Shown: piece by piece, positions 53,348 through 55,005 of the stretch
How positions within the stretch are numbered: position 1 is the stretch's first letter
Layout: every line of letters starts with the position of its first letter
Source of the DNA: a virus
Lineage: Duplodnaviria > Caudoviricetes
IMG/VR virus record: IMGVR_UViG_3300020021_000016
Coordinates: 1-55,005 of that record
Strand: one strand, 5' to 3'
Length of the DNA stretch: 55,005 bases
The notes under the pieces: generated by a model
Told to the model about the DNA's origin: nothing
Database searches by the model: none
The model's input: the letters and a program-made list of their open reading frames with translations, nothing else
Program-made: the position numbers and the translations under genes

Positions 53348-54660
53348 GCCGACTTCGCCAACTTCTTCTCACGAATCCGACCGTCCTCGATGATGATCGC
53401 GCCGGGATCGCGGTCACCGACGCGCTCGATCCAGAGCTTCACACCGGCCGCCTCGGCTTCGGCGGCGAGCGTGGCGAGCGACTCCTCGTCGAGGAGCGAC
53501 CCATCACGCACCCACACGTCGCGGAGATTCGGCGACGCCGCGATCGCGAGAGCGAGAGCCACGCGAAGCTGCTCGGCGCCGCTCGCCTGCGAGAACGGGA
53601 CGCCGTTGAATTTCACGCCGCTGACGTCGACGTCGAGCCCTTTGACGGGTAGCGCTGTGGACGTGAGGAACGCGACCTTCTCGGTGTCGATCTTCTCGAT
53701 CTCGGCGGTCAGGGTGGCAACACTGCCGGCGAGACGCTCCGCATCCGCCGCGACGTTAGCGCGGTGCTTTGCGCGTTCGCGATCGGCCGCGACCTGGGCG
53801 TTGTGGTTGGCCGCCCTGTCGAGCTCGGCGCGGAGCTTGGACCGACGCTCGTCGGCATCGTCTCCGGTTGCCGCGACCCCGGCCCACGTGGCGCGCGCTT
53901 CCTCGGCGCGGCCGCGCTGGGCGTTGCGATGACTCTCGGCCTGGTCGAGCTGCTCGGCGATGTCGGCCAGCTGGAGTTCTAGTCGCTGGACGGAGCGCTC
54001 CGCCAGCTCGAGCTCGCGGTCGGCGGCAACGCTCTCGTGCTTGGCGGTCTGAACCTCGGCGCGCTGGGCGTCGATGGCCTTCTCCAGCCCGCGCAGCTCT
54101 GCGATGTCGATCGTCTCTGCCACGGTGACCTCGGGCAGTCGCTCGAGCTCGACAGCCGCCTTCTTCGCGTCGCGGCCGATCTCGGTGCGCCGGTCGAACA
54201 CGCGGACCCGGCGGACGTCGAGTGCTGCGATCTTCCCGTCGCGATCGATCACGGACAGCAGCGTCTTGCGCTGGTCCGCGGCCGACATCGACAGGAACTC
54301 GAGCGGGTCGAGGAACCGCGCGGCGACGATCTTGTCGAGCATCGCCTGGGGCGAGCGGACCTTGCCCTCGCCGTCGCGGACCTCGAGCACGCTCTCGCCG
54401 TTGCTCTGGATGGTGCGGCGCACGACGAAGGCGCCACCATCGAGCTCGACGCGGATCTCCGCGGCCTCGGCGCCGTGCCTGACGGCATCGGTGGGGAGCG
54501 CGTTCTTGCCGCCGAACGCAGCAGTGAGCGCGTCGAGGAGCGAACTCTTTCCGGCGGCGTTCTTACCGCCGATCAAGATGAGAACACGGTCCGCATCCGG
54601 CGCGATCTCGACGTGCGAGATGCGCTTGAAGTTGTCGACGACTACCGCTGAAATTTTCAC
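53344..54660 (-). CDS. SMC/Rad50-like ABC ATPase
   Basis: NFKRI, GKNAAGKSS Walker A, coiled coil, ASGAEQ signature, VRDGSLLD. Confidence 0.87.
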   Translation of the reverse strand: MKISAVVVDNFKRISHVEIAPDADRVLILIGGKNAAGKSSLLDALTAAFGGKNALPTDAVRHGAEAAEIRVELDGGAFVVRRTIQSNGESVLEVRDGEGKVRSPQAMLDKIVAARFLDPLEFLSMSAADQRKTLLSVIDRDGKIAALDVRRVRVFDRRTEIGRDAKKAAVELERLPEVTVAETIDIAELRGLEKAIDAQRAEVQTAKHESVAADRELELAERSVQRLELQLADIAEQLDQAESHRNAQRGRAEEARATWAGVAATGDDADERRSKLRAELDRAANHNAQVAADRERAKHRANVAADAERLAGSVATLTAEIEKIDTEKVAFLTSTALPVKGLDVDVSGVKFNGVPFSQASGAEQLRVALALAIAASPNLRDVWVRDGSLLDEESLATLAAEAEAAGVKLWIERVGDRDPGAIIIEDGRIREKKLAKSA

Positions 54661-54851
54661 GAGGCACGCTCGAGTAACTGACCGCCGAAGGCGACCGGAA
54701 CGAGGTGGGGAGCGCACAGCAAACACGGAAGCGACCGATCGCGAGCTACGCGGCCATGACAGCGCGGGCATCTCCTCCCGGTCGCCGGCACCGCCACGCG
54801 CGAAAGCGGATCGGGTCCCTTCGCGAGCGCATCAAGATCGCGCGTCTTCAT
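54657..54851 (-). CDS. Small Zn-ribbon protein
   Basis: CPRC...CLLC; coupled on both sides. Confidence 0.55.
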   Translation of the reverse strand: MKTRDLDALAKGPDPLSRVAVPATGRRCPRCHGRVARDRSLPCLLCAPHLVPVAFGGQLLERAS

Positions 54852-55005
54852 CGGCCTTGCTCCTTGGCCTCGCGCTCTTTGATCTCGCGCTTCTCTTCCT
54901 CGGTGGGTTCACCAGAGGCCGCCGGCGAGGTTGCGGCTGCCGTGCCCGTCGCCGGCGTCTTGCCAGCCTTGGCCGCCGCCTTCGCGCGCGCGTCGTCGAT
55001 CCGAT
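54848..55005 (-). CDS. C-terminus of a truncated gene
   Basis: Open frame ...AKAAAKAGKTP...EPTEEEKREIKEREAKEQGR* with ATGA overlap. Confidence 0.6.
   Translation of the reverse strand, partial: RIDDARAKAAAKAGKTPATGTAAATSPAASGEPTEEEKREIKEREAKEQGR

Overview
The whole window is one GC-rich temperate tailed phage with a contractile (myovirus-type) tail. No host genes are visible. The + strand (1-36986) carries small early/middle genes, then terminase, portal, MuF, GroES-like co-chaperonin, protease/scaffold, capsid, a tRNA(CAT), neck, sheath, tube, a -1 frameshifted tail chaperone, tape measure, baseplate, fibres and lysis genes. The - strand (36973-55005) carries an SMC-like ATPase, HNH, ParB, a HerA-like ATPase, two methyltransferases, xis and int. 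The arms converge near an attP-like 3' half of tRNA-Phe with phage genes on both sides, which suggests the excised or virion form. The most unusual signals are: (1) a ~107-nt tRNA/tmRNA-like RNA with no anticodon loop, preceded by a second structured hairpin and a 2-codon mini-ORF, directly upstream of parB; (2) the same ~80-aa module inserted into three consecutive neck/tail proteins; (3) a fibre-like Gly-rich protein with an apparent (Tat-)lipoprotein signal; (4) a (TCGG)5 tract in an MT-A70 methyltransferase; (5) a pyrophosphatase-like domain inside MuF; (6) tandem DUF6527-like genes; (7) an integrase lacking two canonical catalytic residues. All family names come from motif recognition by eye; no searches were run.
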